Below the pieces are notes generated by a model. It saw only the letters and a program-made list of their open reading frames with translations. It searched no databases and was not told where the DNA came from. A stretch of DNA of 64,000 bases from an uncultured delta proteobacterium (lineage in GTDB: Bacteria; Desulfobacterota; Binatia; UBA9968): NCBI GenBank assembly GCA_963727625.1, contig CAVSHR010000002.1, forward strand, positions 576,001 to 640,000, in the 5' to 3' direction. The stretch's first letter is position 1. Each line of letters starts with the position of its first letter. Positions 27,102 to 37,006 of the stretch are shown here, one piece after another. Made by a program: the position numbers and the translations under genes.

Positions 27102-29252
27102 TCACACTATTTCTGCGGCGAAGGCGGCGGTCTCTGATCGGTCCAGATTCGTCAAGGTGCCGCTGCCGTTGGTGGTCTTTACATACGCGCTGAGACGAAC
27201 CGCAAATGCGCACTTCTGGTGGCCGAGCGGCTCGTCGCCGAGCAAGTCGCCGAGGGTCTTGGACACGCTGGTATGAGGCCCGGCGGGCGGCTCGCCGACC
27301 TCAGCGCTGCCCGGGTTGGCAACTTGCCAGCTCGGCCCGTTCAAGCCGCGTGCGATCACCAAGCTGTGATTATGCAAAAACGACGGCGACCCTGGCTGTG
27401 GGTGGTACGCCCGATAGCCGATCTGAACCGTAGCGGCGGCGCCGCCGGAGAGGAATTGGCACTGCTCGGAACTGGGCAAACCGTTGAGTCGGATGTCGAC
27501 AATGTCGGCCAGCGCGGAACGATTGTCCCACCACAATATGTGCGTGAGCGCTGCAAACGGCACCGGGTCCGTGCTCGCGGGTACATTCCAACGCCGGAAT
27601 GTGAACGGTGCGACAGTTCCCGTTTCGGCCGCCGGCGCGCCTGTCGGTTTCAAGCGTGCACCGGCGGTATTGAACACTTCGATCATCACCAGATATCTGC
27701 CGTTGGGGAATTCGGTTGTAGGGATGACGCCGTGATACTGTCCGTCCTGCCATTCTTCGTTGCTGCCGAGCGGGTCGCCTGTGTCGTAGGGGATTTTTGA
27801 CAAGTTCGCTTCCGTCCCAACCGAGTACGGCCCGAGACCTATGGCCCCGGGCGTCGCGGTGCTGAGACGCCAGGTGGACCAGGTGGGCGAGGCCAGCGGC
27901 GTCCACGCGCCCGCCGGGTCGCCACTCGAATTCGCCGGGACAACCTTGATGCGATAGTAAATCGCGCCGGCGGCGCGCATAGATTCGGTAAAATGGTATT
28001 GCAGCGCCACGCTGCCGCCGAGATTTCGATCGAGCAGTTGGCCCACCGCGTCCGCGGGGTTAGCCGCCGGATTCAAAAGCCCGGCATTATATGCGGGAGC
28101 GTTGACGGATTGAAACGAATTCTGATTCGGCGTCGCCAACCGGTAGGAGGGCGTCGAACCGATATCTTCCAGAACGACGAACGCGCCCTCGCCGGGGACG
28201 CCGGATTCACGGCAACCGACGGCCAATGGACTGTAACTGGTCAGGGTCGGCTGGTCGCCGGCGCTGAACCATTGATTCGCCGCGACGCCATTATAAATGG
28301 TCACCAGGTTGCCACCGATCGGTTGTTTGACGATGTAGGCAAATTCCTCGTGGCAGCCCCGCTGGAACAATCGCAGCGGCTCGCGCCAGCAAACGCTGAA
28401 CGATCCGCCGTCCTGCACGAACCCCTCGGCGACTTTCTGCGGGGTGCCGCAGTGACACCATAAAAATGGGTGGCGAATAATAAAATCTTGGCGCAGCTCA
28501 TGCGCGAGCTTGGGCAACAGAGCTTTGGCGCGCAGCAGCTCTACCTTGCGTTGATCCACCGCGCCGCCGGTAAGGATGAGTTGGCGCAATTCAAATGGCG
28601 CGGGGTCGGGACCGGGCCGCGGGCCGATGGGCCCCCAGGGATCGTCGGGCGGGATCGGCGGAAACCCGGGATTGACCTCGATGGGCATATCGTCGAGATC
28701 GAACGGCGGATCGATGATTACCGGCGGCTCGCAGCAGCAGGTGCGGCGATAGACTTCCACCGTGCCAAAGCAGACCGGTGTGCAGCGCTGCCATGGCCAG
28801 CGCACGATGGCGCGGTTGCCGACTAGTGTGCGCAGGCTCGGGAGCGCCGTAAGCTCCAAATCGACCAGCAGTCCATCGATCACGTCGAGGAACGGAAAAC
28901 AGCGGCGCACGTTGCCGCTGACGCAGCGCCGGATAGGGAACCAAGGTTGCCAAACCCTGCCGCCGATGGCGATTTCACCTTCCGCGATGATTCTTTTGAG
29001 TTCACTCGCAGGAACCGTATAAAAGGTGCGAGGCGCATCCGGTTTGGCGCCGGCCGGACCAATCTGCAACTTTGCCGCGCGTCCGGCAGTACGCTCGTCG
29101 AGCGGAAAAGTGCCATCCAGTTCCACCGGCACCGACTGAATGATCTTACCGTTGCTGTCTGCCACGTGGACAAGGAGACCCCCGCTCTCCTTGTCCGGCG
29201 TGATACCATCGAGAACGACGCGCAGGCGTCGGACATTTTCATTGGTAGCCAT
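27102..29252 (-). CDS. Large Pro/Cys-rich hypothetical protein (716 aa)
   Basis: Long ORF with GGGAGAG RBS before ATG 29252; PIGPRPGPDPAPF, TCCC and CHCG motifs; no recognisable catalytic motif. Confidence 0.85.
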   Translation of the reverse strand: MATNENVRRLRVVLDGITPDKESGGLLVHVADSNGKIIQSVPVELDGTFPLDERTAGRAAKLQIGPAGAKPDAPRTFYTVPASELKRIIAEGEIAIGGRVWQPWFPIRRCVSGNVRRCFPFLDVIDGLLVDLELTALPSLRTLVGNRAIVRWPWQRCTPVCFGTVEVYRRTCCCEPPVIIDPPFDLDDMPIEVNPGFPPIPPDDPWGPIGPRPGPDPAPFELRQLILTGGAVDQRKVELLRAKALLPKLAHELRQDFIIRHPFLWCHCGTPQKVAEGFVQDGGSFSVCWREPLRLFQRGCHEEFAYIVKQPIGGNLVTIYNGVAANQWFSAGDQPTLTSYSPLAVGCRESGVPGEGAFVVLEDIGSTPSYRLATPNQNSFQSVNAPAYNAGLLNPAANPADAVGQLLDRNLGGSVALQYHFTESMRAAGAIYYRIKVVPANSSGDPAGAWTPLASPTWSTWRLSTATPGAIGLGPYSVGTEANLSKIPYDTGDPLGSNEEWQDGQYHGVIPTTEFPNGRYLVMIEVFNTAGARLKPTGAPAAETGTVAPFTFRRWNVPASTDPVPFAALTHILWWDNRSALADIVDIRLNGLPSSEQCQFLSGGAAATVQIGYRAYHPQPGSPSFLHNHSLVIARGLNGPSWQVANPGSAEVGEPPAGPHTSVSKTLGDLLGDEPLGHQKCAFAVRLSAYVKTTNGSGTLTNLDRSETAAFAAEIV

Positions 29253-29339
29253 AAATAAAACTCTCCCTTCCTCAATATAAAAACGATTTTGATGACGTGC
29301 GTGCCGTGGCGAACGCAATGGATAACGATTGCAATTTTA

Positions 29340-29355
29340 AGCAATGGCAGGGCCA
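29340..29355 (-). promoter_or_regulatory. Candidate sigma-54 (-24/-12) promoter
   Basis: The minus strand reads TGGCCCTGCCATTGCT (GG-N10-GC), about 90 nt upstream of the 716-aa gene. Confidence 0.45.
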
Positions 29356-29779
29356 TTGTTAGTCACTGCATCGTTTCCATGTCAGGCGGCGAATCGCGTG
29401 GACATGGGTAGTCAGTTGTTCGCGGTGAGATTTGTGCGCGCGAAACAAAAATGCTCCGATCGTTGCTGATCATGGACAAAAAAGTTGCGGAGGAAGCCGA
29501 CGTAGAAAAAGTGCGATCAACTCTATCCTACGAGTTGATTTGCGCCTAATGTATGGCCGGCTAAATATATTTTTGTTTTAAAGCTGCGCCGGCCGAGCGA
29601 TCATGTCGCGCTAATTATTTTTCTCAGTCGGCACAAATGTCGTTGCGCATCGTGAACTGAAAGAATCAATGAAGAGAAAGTAAAAAATGGTAAGAACGCG
29701 ACGGAGGATGGATTCGGGTAACCGGGCCATGATACGAGATTGATCATGATTGGACGGTTCCGCAGGCACGAGCCTTGGC

Positions 29780-30059
29780 GCGGTCTTAATCGGCCTCGAT
29801 GGCATTTTTGTGGCGGGCTCCATCAATAAGCTGGTCGTCGCCTTCGCGGTGGCTGCGCCTGGCCAAGACCGAAGACGCGCGGGAAGGTTATGAGTTCATG
29901 CGCAAGATGTACGCTAAACGGATTTATCCTAATGTCGAAGGTATCTGTAATGCGATCCGCGCGCTCAGCCGACCAACGAAAAATCTCGCGTCCTCAAAGC
30001 CGAAGACCTGGTCGACGACCGATATGTCAGAAAGTTGGAGAAAGGGGAGGGGGTTTTAG
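29780..30059 (+). pseudogene. 3' remnant of an ABC substrate-binding protein gene
   Basis: WLRL..EGYEFMRKMYAKRIYPNVEGI..., then in a shifted frame KAEDLVDDRYVRKLEK, resembling the C-termini of the intact SBPs in this window. Confidence 0.55.
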
Positions 30060-30094
30060 TGCTTAATTCGCCGTCTTTGTGTCGCAACCGACCG

Positions 30095-30523
30095 TCAACT
30101 CGTGATATAGCGCTCGAGCTGCTCGATGATGAATTTTTGGTCGGCGATTATAGACTTGACGAGATCGCCGATGGAGATTAGACCGAATAATTTCCCTTCG
30201 TCAATGACCGGCAGGTGGCGGACGCGCTTATCCGTCATTATGGCCATGCACTCTTCAACGGACTGCTCCGGGTGGGTATAGACCACGTGGCTGGTCATGA
30301 TTTCTTCGACCCGAGTATTCGGGGAGGTTCGGCCGAGAAGAACGATCTTACGCGCGTAATCCCGCTCGGAGATTATGCCGGCGAGGCGCCCGCCGTCCAT
30401 CACCACGAGAGCGCCGACACCTTTTTCGGCCATGAGACGCAGGGCTTCGAAAACCGTCGCCCCTCCCTCGACGCACCAAACGTCGTGCCCCTTGATCTTT
30501 AGGATGTCTCGAACTGTATTCAT
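30095..30523 (-). CDS. CBS domain pair protein
   Basis: GIISERDYARK and RHLPVI..GLISIGDLVK; GGAGG RBS. Confidence 0.92.
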   Translation of the reverse strand: MNTVRDILKIKGHDVWCVEGGATVFEALRLMAEKGVGALVVMDGGRLAGIISERDYARKIVLLGRTSPNTRVEEIMTSHVVYTHPEQSVEECMAIMTDKRVRHLPVIDEGKLFGLISIGDLVKSIIADQKFIIEQLERYITS

Positions 30524-30705
30524 GGGAGACCTCCTTTTTCGACGCGCGGCTGAGCCCGATCGATTTATACAACCATTTGATTGATAAGCGAAGCGCAAAA
30601 GCCCTAACTGTCGCTAGTCCATTTGACCTAAAAGTCTTGATCGGATCGTGAGTTTCACATAGCGTGTTTAGTAGTTCGCAACCGCGAGGTGGAGCTTCCA
30701 CAGCT

Positions 30706-31044
30706 ATGAATTGTCCAAAGTGTCAGACCAAAACTCTCAGCGAAATTTCGCTGGATGAAGTCACTGTCGACCAATGCCCTTCTTGCAAAGGGATTTGGTT
30801 TGACGAGCAAAAGCTCAGCCAGTTGCTTGCCGAAGATGCCGCCCAGGTGGCGCCGCTGCGGGGCGGCGGCGAGAACCGATTTGCCGATAGTAAGAAGGGA
30901 CGTTGCCCGCGGGACGATTCCGACCTGCTTCGTATTTTTAGCTCCATGGATCGTTCAGTGACTCTCGATGTGTGTCCGGACTGTCACGGGATCTGGGTCG
31001 ATGGCGGTGAGTTTGAAAAGCTCTTCGCGGCGCGGCGAAGGTGA
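30706..31044 (+). CDS. Tandem zinc-ribbon (zf-TFIIB-like) protein
   Basis: CPKC..DQCPSCKGIWFD and CPRD..DVCPDCHGIWVDGGE. Confidence 0.85.
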   Translation: MNCPKCQTKTLSEISLDEVTVDQCPSCKGIWFDEQKLSQLLAEDAAQVAPLRGGGENRFADSKKGRCPRDDSDLLRIFSSMDRSVTLDVCPDCHGIWVDGGEFEKLFAARRR

Positions 31045-31184
31045 ACTCCGGACTGCAAGAGACTTTGCCCTGCCACGATTTTGAATTGATTTCGGCGTGA
31101 GGCTAAGGAGTCGCAAACCGGCTCAGCGCTATTTGGGTCCGCTCCCGCTGGCTATCGTTTCCGTATCGGCGCCGCGGCCAATCG

Positions 31185-31407
31185 GGTCGACACCGACACC
31201 AAAACTTTAACGCAGAACTATCAACAAGGTTTGCGCGCCTGGAATGAAGACATGACCGTTGATGTTGCGGCCATTCGCGTGGGGTTGGACGAGTCCGCGG
31301 ATTCGAAGGCGAAAACTGCCGATTCCAGCCGTTTTTTCGATAACGCTCTGATTCAAACCGGCAATCGAGACTACGCCTCGAAGCGCTTTCCTGGCGAAGT
31401 AAAATAA
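31185..31407 (+). pseudogene. Probable 3' remnant of another substrate-binding protein gene
   Basis: WNEDMTVDVAAIRVGLDESADSKAKTADSSRFFDNALIQ..FPGEVK*, with no 5' part. Confidence 0.4.
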
Positions 31408-31484
31408 CATCAAGCGTAAACGAGTGGGCGTGTCGGGCCAAGCTCAGCCGCATCGCCACTAAAAGTCAACTGATTTTGTCGGAG

Positions 31485-32147
31485 TCAGTGACCCGGGCTC
31501 TCCCACACGGTAAGTCCGGCGCGGCAGCACAGGACGTCTTGTTCCGGCCGGTTGGCGCCGGCGACCCCGATGGCGCCGATAATTGTGACGCCGTTAATGA
31601 TCGGGATTCCACCGGCCATCGGCATAACCCGACCATGGTGTGAAACGGCTAGGCTGCGCAGCCAGGGCTGTCGCGCCTGCGGCACCAGCTCGGTTGTCGC
31701 CACGTGAAATGCCGCCGCGGTGTAGGCTTTGTTGAAGGCGAGCTCGGCGGTCCTCGGCTCGGCTTTGTCCATGCGGCCAACGGCGACGGGCGCACCGGCC
31801 TCGTCAACCACCACGGTGCTCACGGCGAGCCCCATCATCTGCGCGTATTCTTGTGCGCCTTGGATCATTTCCCAGGCGGTGTCGAAGGGCACTGGCCCGA
31901 TCGCCGCTTTGTTTCGCCGGAAGAAGGCGGCGTTGACTTCGATGGACGCCGCATGCTCGGCCGGTATGTCGACGTCTTTGAAAATCGCATCGACGGGACA
32001 GACAATCTCGCACTGCTCGCAATCAATGCAGACTTCCGGGTCGACGTAGAATTGCGGCGCTCCAGGCGTCGTGTGAATGCAAGCGACCGGACAAACCTCA
32101 ACGCAGGCGCCGTCGTTGGTGCATAGGCTGGTGATGATGTAAGGCAC
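31485..32147 (-). CDS. Ferredoxin fused to a GlcG/HbpS (DUF336) heme-binding domain
   Basis: GAGG RBS and GTG start; CTNDGACVEVCPVAC and CIDCEQCEIVCP, then VVDEAG..RMD..AFNKAYTA..GGIPI..GAIGVAG. Confidence 0.88.
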   Translation of the reverse strand: MPYIITSLCTNDGACVEVCPVACIHTTPGAPQFYVDPEVCIDCEQCEIVCPVDAIFKDVDIPAEHAASIEVNAAFFRRNKAAIGPVPFDTAWEMIQGAQEYAQMMGLAVSTVVVDEAGAPVAVGRMDKAEPRTAELAFNKAYTAAAFHVATTELVPQARQPWLRSLAVSHHGRVMPMAGGIPIINGVTIIGAIGVAGANRPEQDVLCCRAGLTVWESPGH

Positions 32148-32281
32148 ATAAACCTCGCTTTGCTCGGAATTGCGGATCTCAAATCTCAGATACAAGCATT
32201 ACAACGCGCTTCTGATATCCAAATTTCGCATCGCATAATTCGCTATGAATTTTGTAATTTGAGATTTGCAATCCCGAAGGG

Positions 32282-32863
32282 TCAGTCCGGCGCAAGCGGC
32301 AAATCGGTGCGGATGACATTGGCCAGGTGAACCTTGGTGCCGAATCGCGGCGTTACGAGTCTTCCCTCGTTATTCAGCGTTCCGAGGCCGGCTCGAGCGG
32401 CGAGCTTTTCTGCGTTGGGATCAGGCGCGGCGGTGGCGCGAAACCCCAGCTCCCGGATCCAGGCGCTCAAGATGAACGTAATGAACAGGCCGTTTTGCAC
32501 CGGGACCTGGCCGCCGATGCCCGGCGATGTGCGCGGGTCATAGTCGGCGTGCACCGCACAGATGACCGCGAAGGGATAGACTTCACCTTCACCATTGTCC
32601 TCGGCGCTCAGCCGGACGATGCCCAACAGTTCGGCGCCAAAATACTCGGCCATTCCTTTAACATGGCTCGACGTAATTTCAGGCGTGTGCAGCTCGGTTT
32701 TCGTCGGGAAAACATTGCCTTCGGCCGCCTTGCGGATCATCTCGGTGACCGTATTGGCGGTATCCGCGGGCGGCCGGTTGATGAAAAAATCCCAGTAGGG
32801 ATCGTCCTTGTGAGATTTCTTCCCGAGCCAGGGTAATTTGAGTGGACCAAGTCGCAAGGCCAC
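32282..32863 (-). CDS. Truncated reductive-dehalogenase/QueG-like protein lacking the Fe-S domain
   Basis: HVKGMAEYFGAELLGI and AGLGTL..VTPRFGTKVHL..TDLPLAPD*; its GTG overlaps the upstream TAG. Confidence 0.75.
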   Translation of the reverse strand: MALRLGPLKLPWLGKKSHKDDPYWDFFINRPPADTANTVTEMIRKAAEGNVFPTKTELHTPEITSSHVKGMAEYFGAELLGIVRLSAEDNGEGEVYPFAVICAVHADYDPRTSPGIGGQVPVQNGLFITFILSAWIRELGFRATAAPDPNAEKLAARAGLGTLNNEGRLVTPRFGTKVHLANVIRTDLPLAPD

Positions 32864-34179
32864 TAGGCGTCTCGTTTTACGAATCGGTTGGTGTTTTCTT
32901 TTAGCGGCGCGTAGAAGCCGACGTTCCCCGCAACGGCGCTGTTGGCGCTCTTCTCATGCGAGGCGTTACAGCCGGCCACGGTGCAGGCGTGCTCGCCGGG
33001 CTTGACGCCCGAATCATAGCCAAGCCAGCGCACGCGATTGTTGCGCACCACGCCCCAGTAACGGTCGTCGACCCACTTGAGAAAGCGGACCAGCGAGGGC
33101 CGTGTGAAAAAGGGGCAAGCATGAAGCAGCGACACCGTCATTGTATGCCACCACAGGTTCGGCTTGGTGAACGGGCAGACCGCCGCGCAGGTGAGGCAGC
33201 TGCCCCAGTGGTCGTGCACGTAGGGCCGGAGCTTGTAGCAGGTGAGCCAGTTAATCTTGTATTTTTCGATGCCGTTGTGGACGACTTTGTCGCCGAACGG
33301 GATGCTGTTGGTCGGGCAGGTGTTGGCGCACTTGCGGCAAATTTTGCAGAAGTCCTCGACGCCGATGTCCACCGGCTCGTCGGCCACCAGCGGTAAATCG
33401 GTCATGATCGGGTCCGGCATGTGCACGCGTGCGCCAAAATTCTTGTTGATGACAAGGCCGTTGCGGCCGAGCTCGCCGATGCCGCCGGCCACGCCCGCGG
33501 CTTGCGGCGTGACGACTCCTCGGAGCGCCGTGTAGCCGAGCTCCTTGATGTAGCCTTCGAGCGCCTTGAGCACCATCACGGCTTTCATTTGCGAAATGTG
33601 ATACGCGGCGTCGCCGATGTAGTGGCGGTGCGCCTGGAGCTTGTTGTAGTCCCACGCGGTGGTTGCTTGGATGATGTAGGGAAACTTGCGCGCCAGCTGT
33701 TCCGGCGAATTATCTTGGAATTCGTCTTTCGCCGTGCCGTCCTGAACGTAGCGGCCGCCGCCGGCGGCGTAAAGATAGGACGGATGCGCCTTGGCGACAC
33801 CGACAACGTCGGCACCCATGAAGAGGGCGACCGACTTGATATGTCGCGCCATTGCCGCCGGATCGTCCACCGCCACTCGCTGGGGATTGACTTTGCCGTT
33901 GCTCGACCGGTTGATCACGTTGGTGAGAAAGTGCCTGCGGTCGGCGAAGTGATTCGGCGCCGCAACCCGGGTCAACGGATCTTTGGAAACCGTATTGCGG
34001 TACCAGTTGAAGAGCGGCTTGCCGAGCTCGCCGCGGGCATTTTTCGGATGGGGCGACTGGTTCATATCGACATTGACATGGGGCCCGACGAGTCGCACCG
34101 AGCGTCCGAGATAGGGCGGTGAAAATTCACTGCCGCGGTTTTCGGGCTCCGGTTCTTGTAGAATCTCAGCTTTGGACAT
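32863..34179 (-). CDS. Reductive dehalogenase-like cobalamin/2[4Fe-4S] protein without a Tat signal
   Basis: IKSVALFMGADVVGVA, GIGELGRNG..FGARV..TDLPL, CKICRKCANTCP and C-x13-CLTCAAVCP. Confidence 0.88.
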   Translation of the reverse strand: MSKAEILQEPEPENRGSEFSPPYLGRSVRLVGPHVNVDMNQSPHPKNARGELGKPLFNWYRNTVSKDPLTRVAAPNHFADRRHFLTNVINRSSNGKVNPQRVAVDDPAAMARHIKSVALFMGADVVGVAKAHPSYLYAAGGGRYVQDGTAKDEFQDNSPEQLARKFPYIIQATTAWDYNKLQAHRHYIGDAAYHISQMKAVMVLKALEGYIKELGYTALRGVVTPQAAGVAGGIGELGRNGLVINKNFGARVHMPDPIMTDLPLVADEPVDIGVEDFCKICRKCANTCPTNSIPFGDKVVHNGIEKYKINWLTCYKLRPYVHDHWGSCLTCAAVCPFTKPNLWWHTMTVSLLHACPFFTRPSLVRFLKWVDDRYWGVVRNNRVRWLGYDSGVKPGEHACTVAGCNASHEKSANSAVAGNVGFYAPLKENTNRFVKRDA

Positions 34180-34283
34180 ATGACGCCCTCCGTTTGATTA
34201 AAAGGATCAGGGATGAAGGCGGTAGGAATAATTAGGGAATGGAAAGTGAAATCCCAGTCGCTTTATCCTTCATCCCTTTACCT

Positions 34284-34685
34284 TCATCCTTGATAAGATG
34301 CCAGCGCCACCTCGGCGCATGTTTGGTCTTGATCGTCCGTGCCTCCGGCCACGGCAATCGCGCCGACGACATTGCCGCCTTCGACGATCGGTAGCGCGCC
34401 GCTGCCCGGCATAATCTTGCCGTTGCTCGAAACCACCAAACTTTGGAACCAGGTTTGCCCAGCCACGCCGGCCAACTCCTTGGTCGGCTGCTGGAAGCTA
34501 GCCGCGGTGTAAGCCTTGTTAAGAGCCATTTCTACGGTAATCGGCCGCGCCTTGTCCATCCGCCCGAGCGCGATCATGCGCCCGCTTTGATCGACGACCG
34601 CTGCGGTTACCGCGATGTCCAATTGCGCCGCCTGAGTGTGGGCGTTGCGCACCATTTGGATCGCCTTTTCTCCCGGGATTGCCAT
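34284..34685 (-). CDS. GlcG/HbpS (DUF336) heme-binding family protein
   Basis: AVVDQSG..RMD..ALNKAYTA..GALPI..GAIAVAGG..QD. Confidence 0.9.
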   Translation of the reverse strand: MAIPGEKAIQMVRNAHTQAAQLDIAVTAAVVDQSGRMIALGRMDKARPITVEMALNKAYTAASFQQPTKELAGVAGQTWFQSLVVSSNGKIMPGSGALPIVEGGNVVGAIAVAGGTDDQDQTCAEVALASYQG

Positions 34686-35087
34686 GATCGTTTGCCAGCC
34701 TCCTCGATGTCTAAATCGTTCCTAGTTTAGCAGAGAAGAGGTCTGTTTCGTCAAGCGCAATCTTCGGCGGGGGAAACCGGCGGCGAAAAATCGCTTCGCT
34801 GAAGGCCCTTCGACGGGCACCGCAAGGGGAGGCAATTAGCAGCCATTTGCCAAAGCCGCCTGATTAACCCCTTAACCGGGCAACCTCCAACTTTGCCTCA
34901 TGACCGGAATTTTTGACCTCTGCGTTGAGTTAGCGCATTGCCGTAGGCTAGGATGACGGGGGCGTTGCCAACGATGTTTGCGTTAGACCAGCTAAGCTGA
35001 GGCAACAGTCCGGAACGTGGCGGAGGGCATGGCCAAAGTCTATAAGCAGGAAAGGGCGCGTTTGATCGGAATCGCGTTATCATTGGC

Positions 35088-35978
35088 ATGATGGAAAGAA
35101 TCAGAGTCGCTTCATTACAGTATTTTATACGGCCCGTGCAAACCTTCGACCAGTTTCGCGATCAGGTGGACGCGTTGGTCGAAACCGCCGCGGATTATGA
35201 CTGCAATCTCTTGGTGTTTCCGGAATATTTCACGGTCCAGTTGTTGACTCTGGGCAACGTCAAACGGCCGATTCGCGAACAGATTCGAGATTTGGCGCGT
35301 CAGGGACCGCAGTTTCTCTCTTTGATGAGCGAACTCGCGCGACGACATCACCTCTACGTCGTGGCCGGCACGATTCCGGTTGCAGAGGCAGGTACGGACA
35401 AGATTTATAACCAGTCGTTTTTCTTTGGACCGAGCGGCGAATACGGCGTGCAGAGCAAGCTTCATATGACCCGTTTTGAAACCGAAGATTGGAGAGTTTC
35501 CGCCAGTTTCGGGTTTAAGGTTTTTGACACCGAGTTCGGCAAAGTCGCCGTGGCGATTTGCTACGATGTCGAATTTCCCGAGTTTGCCCGCGCTGCGGCG
35601 CGCGCGGGCGCTAACATTCTCGTCGTGCCCAGCTGCACCGATGAGCGACAAGGTTTCTTGCGGGTGCGCTACTGCGCCCAGGCCCGCGCCATCGAGAATC
35701 AGATGTACGTGATTACCTCGCACACGGTGGGTTCTCTCCCCATGGTGCCGGCGGTTTCGCTCAACTACGGGCAAGCAGCGATTTTGACGCCGAGCGATTT
35801 TTCTTTCTCACGCGACGGCATCTTGGCCGAGGGGAATCCCAATCAGGAGATGATGGTCATCGGCGAATTGAACCTTCAAACCATCGTCGACTCGCGAACA
35901 AGCGGCACGGTTTTACCGCTGCACGACAGCCGCAATACCCTGGACATTCTAGCCGCGATGGAAGTGGTTTCCCTGTGA
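35088..35978 (+). CDS. Carbon-nitrogen hydrolase (nitrilase superfamily)
   Basis: Catalytic triad motifs VFPEY, KLHMT and ICYDVEFPE. Confidence 0.92.
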   Translation: MMERIRVASLQYFIRPVQTFDQFRDQVDALVETAADYDCNLLVFPEYFTVQLLTLGNVKRPIREQIRDLARQGPQFLSLMSELARRHHLYVVAGTIPVAEAGTDKIYNQSFFFGPSGEYGVQSKLHMTRFETEDWRVSASFGFKVFDTEFGKVAVAICYDVEFPEFARAAARAGANILVVPSCTDERQGFLRVRYCAQARAIENQMYVITSHTVGSLPMVPAVSLNYGQAAILTPSDFSFSRDGILAEGNPNQEMMVIGELNLQTIVDSRTSGTVLPLHDSRNTLDILAAMEVVSL

Positions 35979-36670
35979 GCCTGGCCAAATCCAAGATCAT
36001 CGTGCGCAATACGCGGCCGGAGGATTTCCCCGGTATCGCCGAGCTGAGCCGCCAGGTTTACGCGGACAGCCCACCTTGGAACGATGCCTTGCTATCGTCC
36101 CACCTGGAGGTGTTTCCCGAGGGCCAGTTCGTCGCGCTGGAAGTCGAGACCGGTCGGATCGTGGGAATGGCGGCCAGCTTGATCGTGCTTTGGGATGATT
36201 ACGACCTCGACATGGATTGGCTTGCGTTTACCAATAGCGGCTGGTTCACCAACCACGACCCCGAGCGCGGCCGCACGCTTTACGGCGCCGAGGTGATGGT
36301 GCAACCCAATATGCAGCGACGCGGCATCGGAAAAAAAATCTATCATGCGCGGCGCGAATTGGTGCGGCGGCTGGGCCTTTTGCGCATCCGCGCCGGTGCC
36401 CGATTGCGCGGTTACCATCGCTACGCCCATCGGATGTCCGCGGAGGAGTACGTCGCCCGCGTGGTTCAGCGCCGGATTTCCGATCCGACTTTGACCTTTC
36501 AGCTGCGCGAAGGCTTTGAAGTCATCGGCGTCGTCGCGAATTATTTGCACCAAGATCCAGAGAGCCGCGGCTACGCCGCCATCATCGAATGGCTAAATCT
36601 CGAAGTTGCCACGCCTGACGATTTTCGCGCGCGCAATCCGATTTACATTCGCAGCGCGCCGATTGCGTAA
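35975..36670 (+). CDS. GNAT acetyltransferase (YhcX-N-like), coupled to the nitrilase-family gene
   Basis: GTGA overlap; FPEGQFV, LYGAEVMV..QRRGIG and DPTLTFQL. Confidence 0.9.
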   Translation: MSLAKSKIIVRNTRPEDFPGIAELSRQVYADSPPWNDALLSSHLEVFPEGQFVALEVETGRIVGMAASLIVLWDDYDLDMDWLAFTNSGWFTNHDPERGRTLYGAEVMVQPNMQRRGIGKKIYHARRELVRRLGLLRIRAGARLRGYHRYAHRMSAEEYVARVVQRRISDPTLTFQLREGFEVIGVVANYLHQDPESRGYAAIIEWLNLEVATPDDFRARNPIYIRSAPIA

Positions 36671-37006
36671 TTGCACCGATTTGTCGGAATCGAAAGAGGT
36701 TTTCGCCAAGTGATCTTAGGAGCGCCGATGGGAACAGTAGGACGGTTTGACCAGGTGGCAATCGGCCATCCTCGAATTAAGTCGCGTTTTCCACGCGGCA
36801 CCGACGCCGGAGATTGTCTTTGTCGTTGCATGCAGCCGTTGCGGCTGCGCCGGCTCGATCGCTCAAGCGCGCTGTTCATGGCGCTGCCCGAAGCGCCGAT
36901 CGCGAGCGCCGGGATCTGCGGTCGGATGTTTTTTGCCGGGATGTTTCGTGCTTACATCCACCCGATTCAGTCAATTCAGTTGGCCGGCGACAAGCAAAGG
37001 TAACCC

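Noticed and set aside
33920-33945. RRHFL in the RdhA-like protein as a Tat motif
   Set aside because: It lies about 80 residues in and has no following hydrophobic region.
36671-37003. 110-aa ORF between the GNAT and MscS genes
   Set aside because: TTG start without an RBS and no recognisable motifs.
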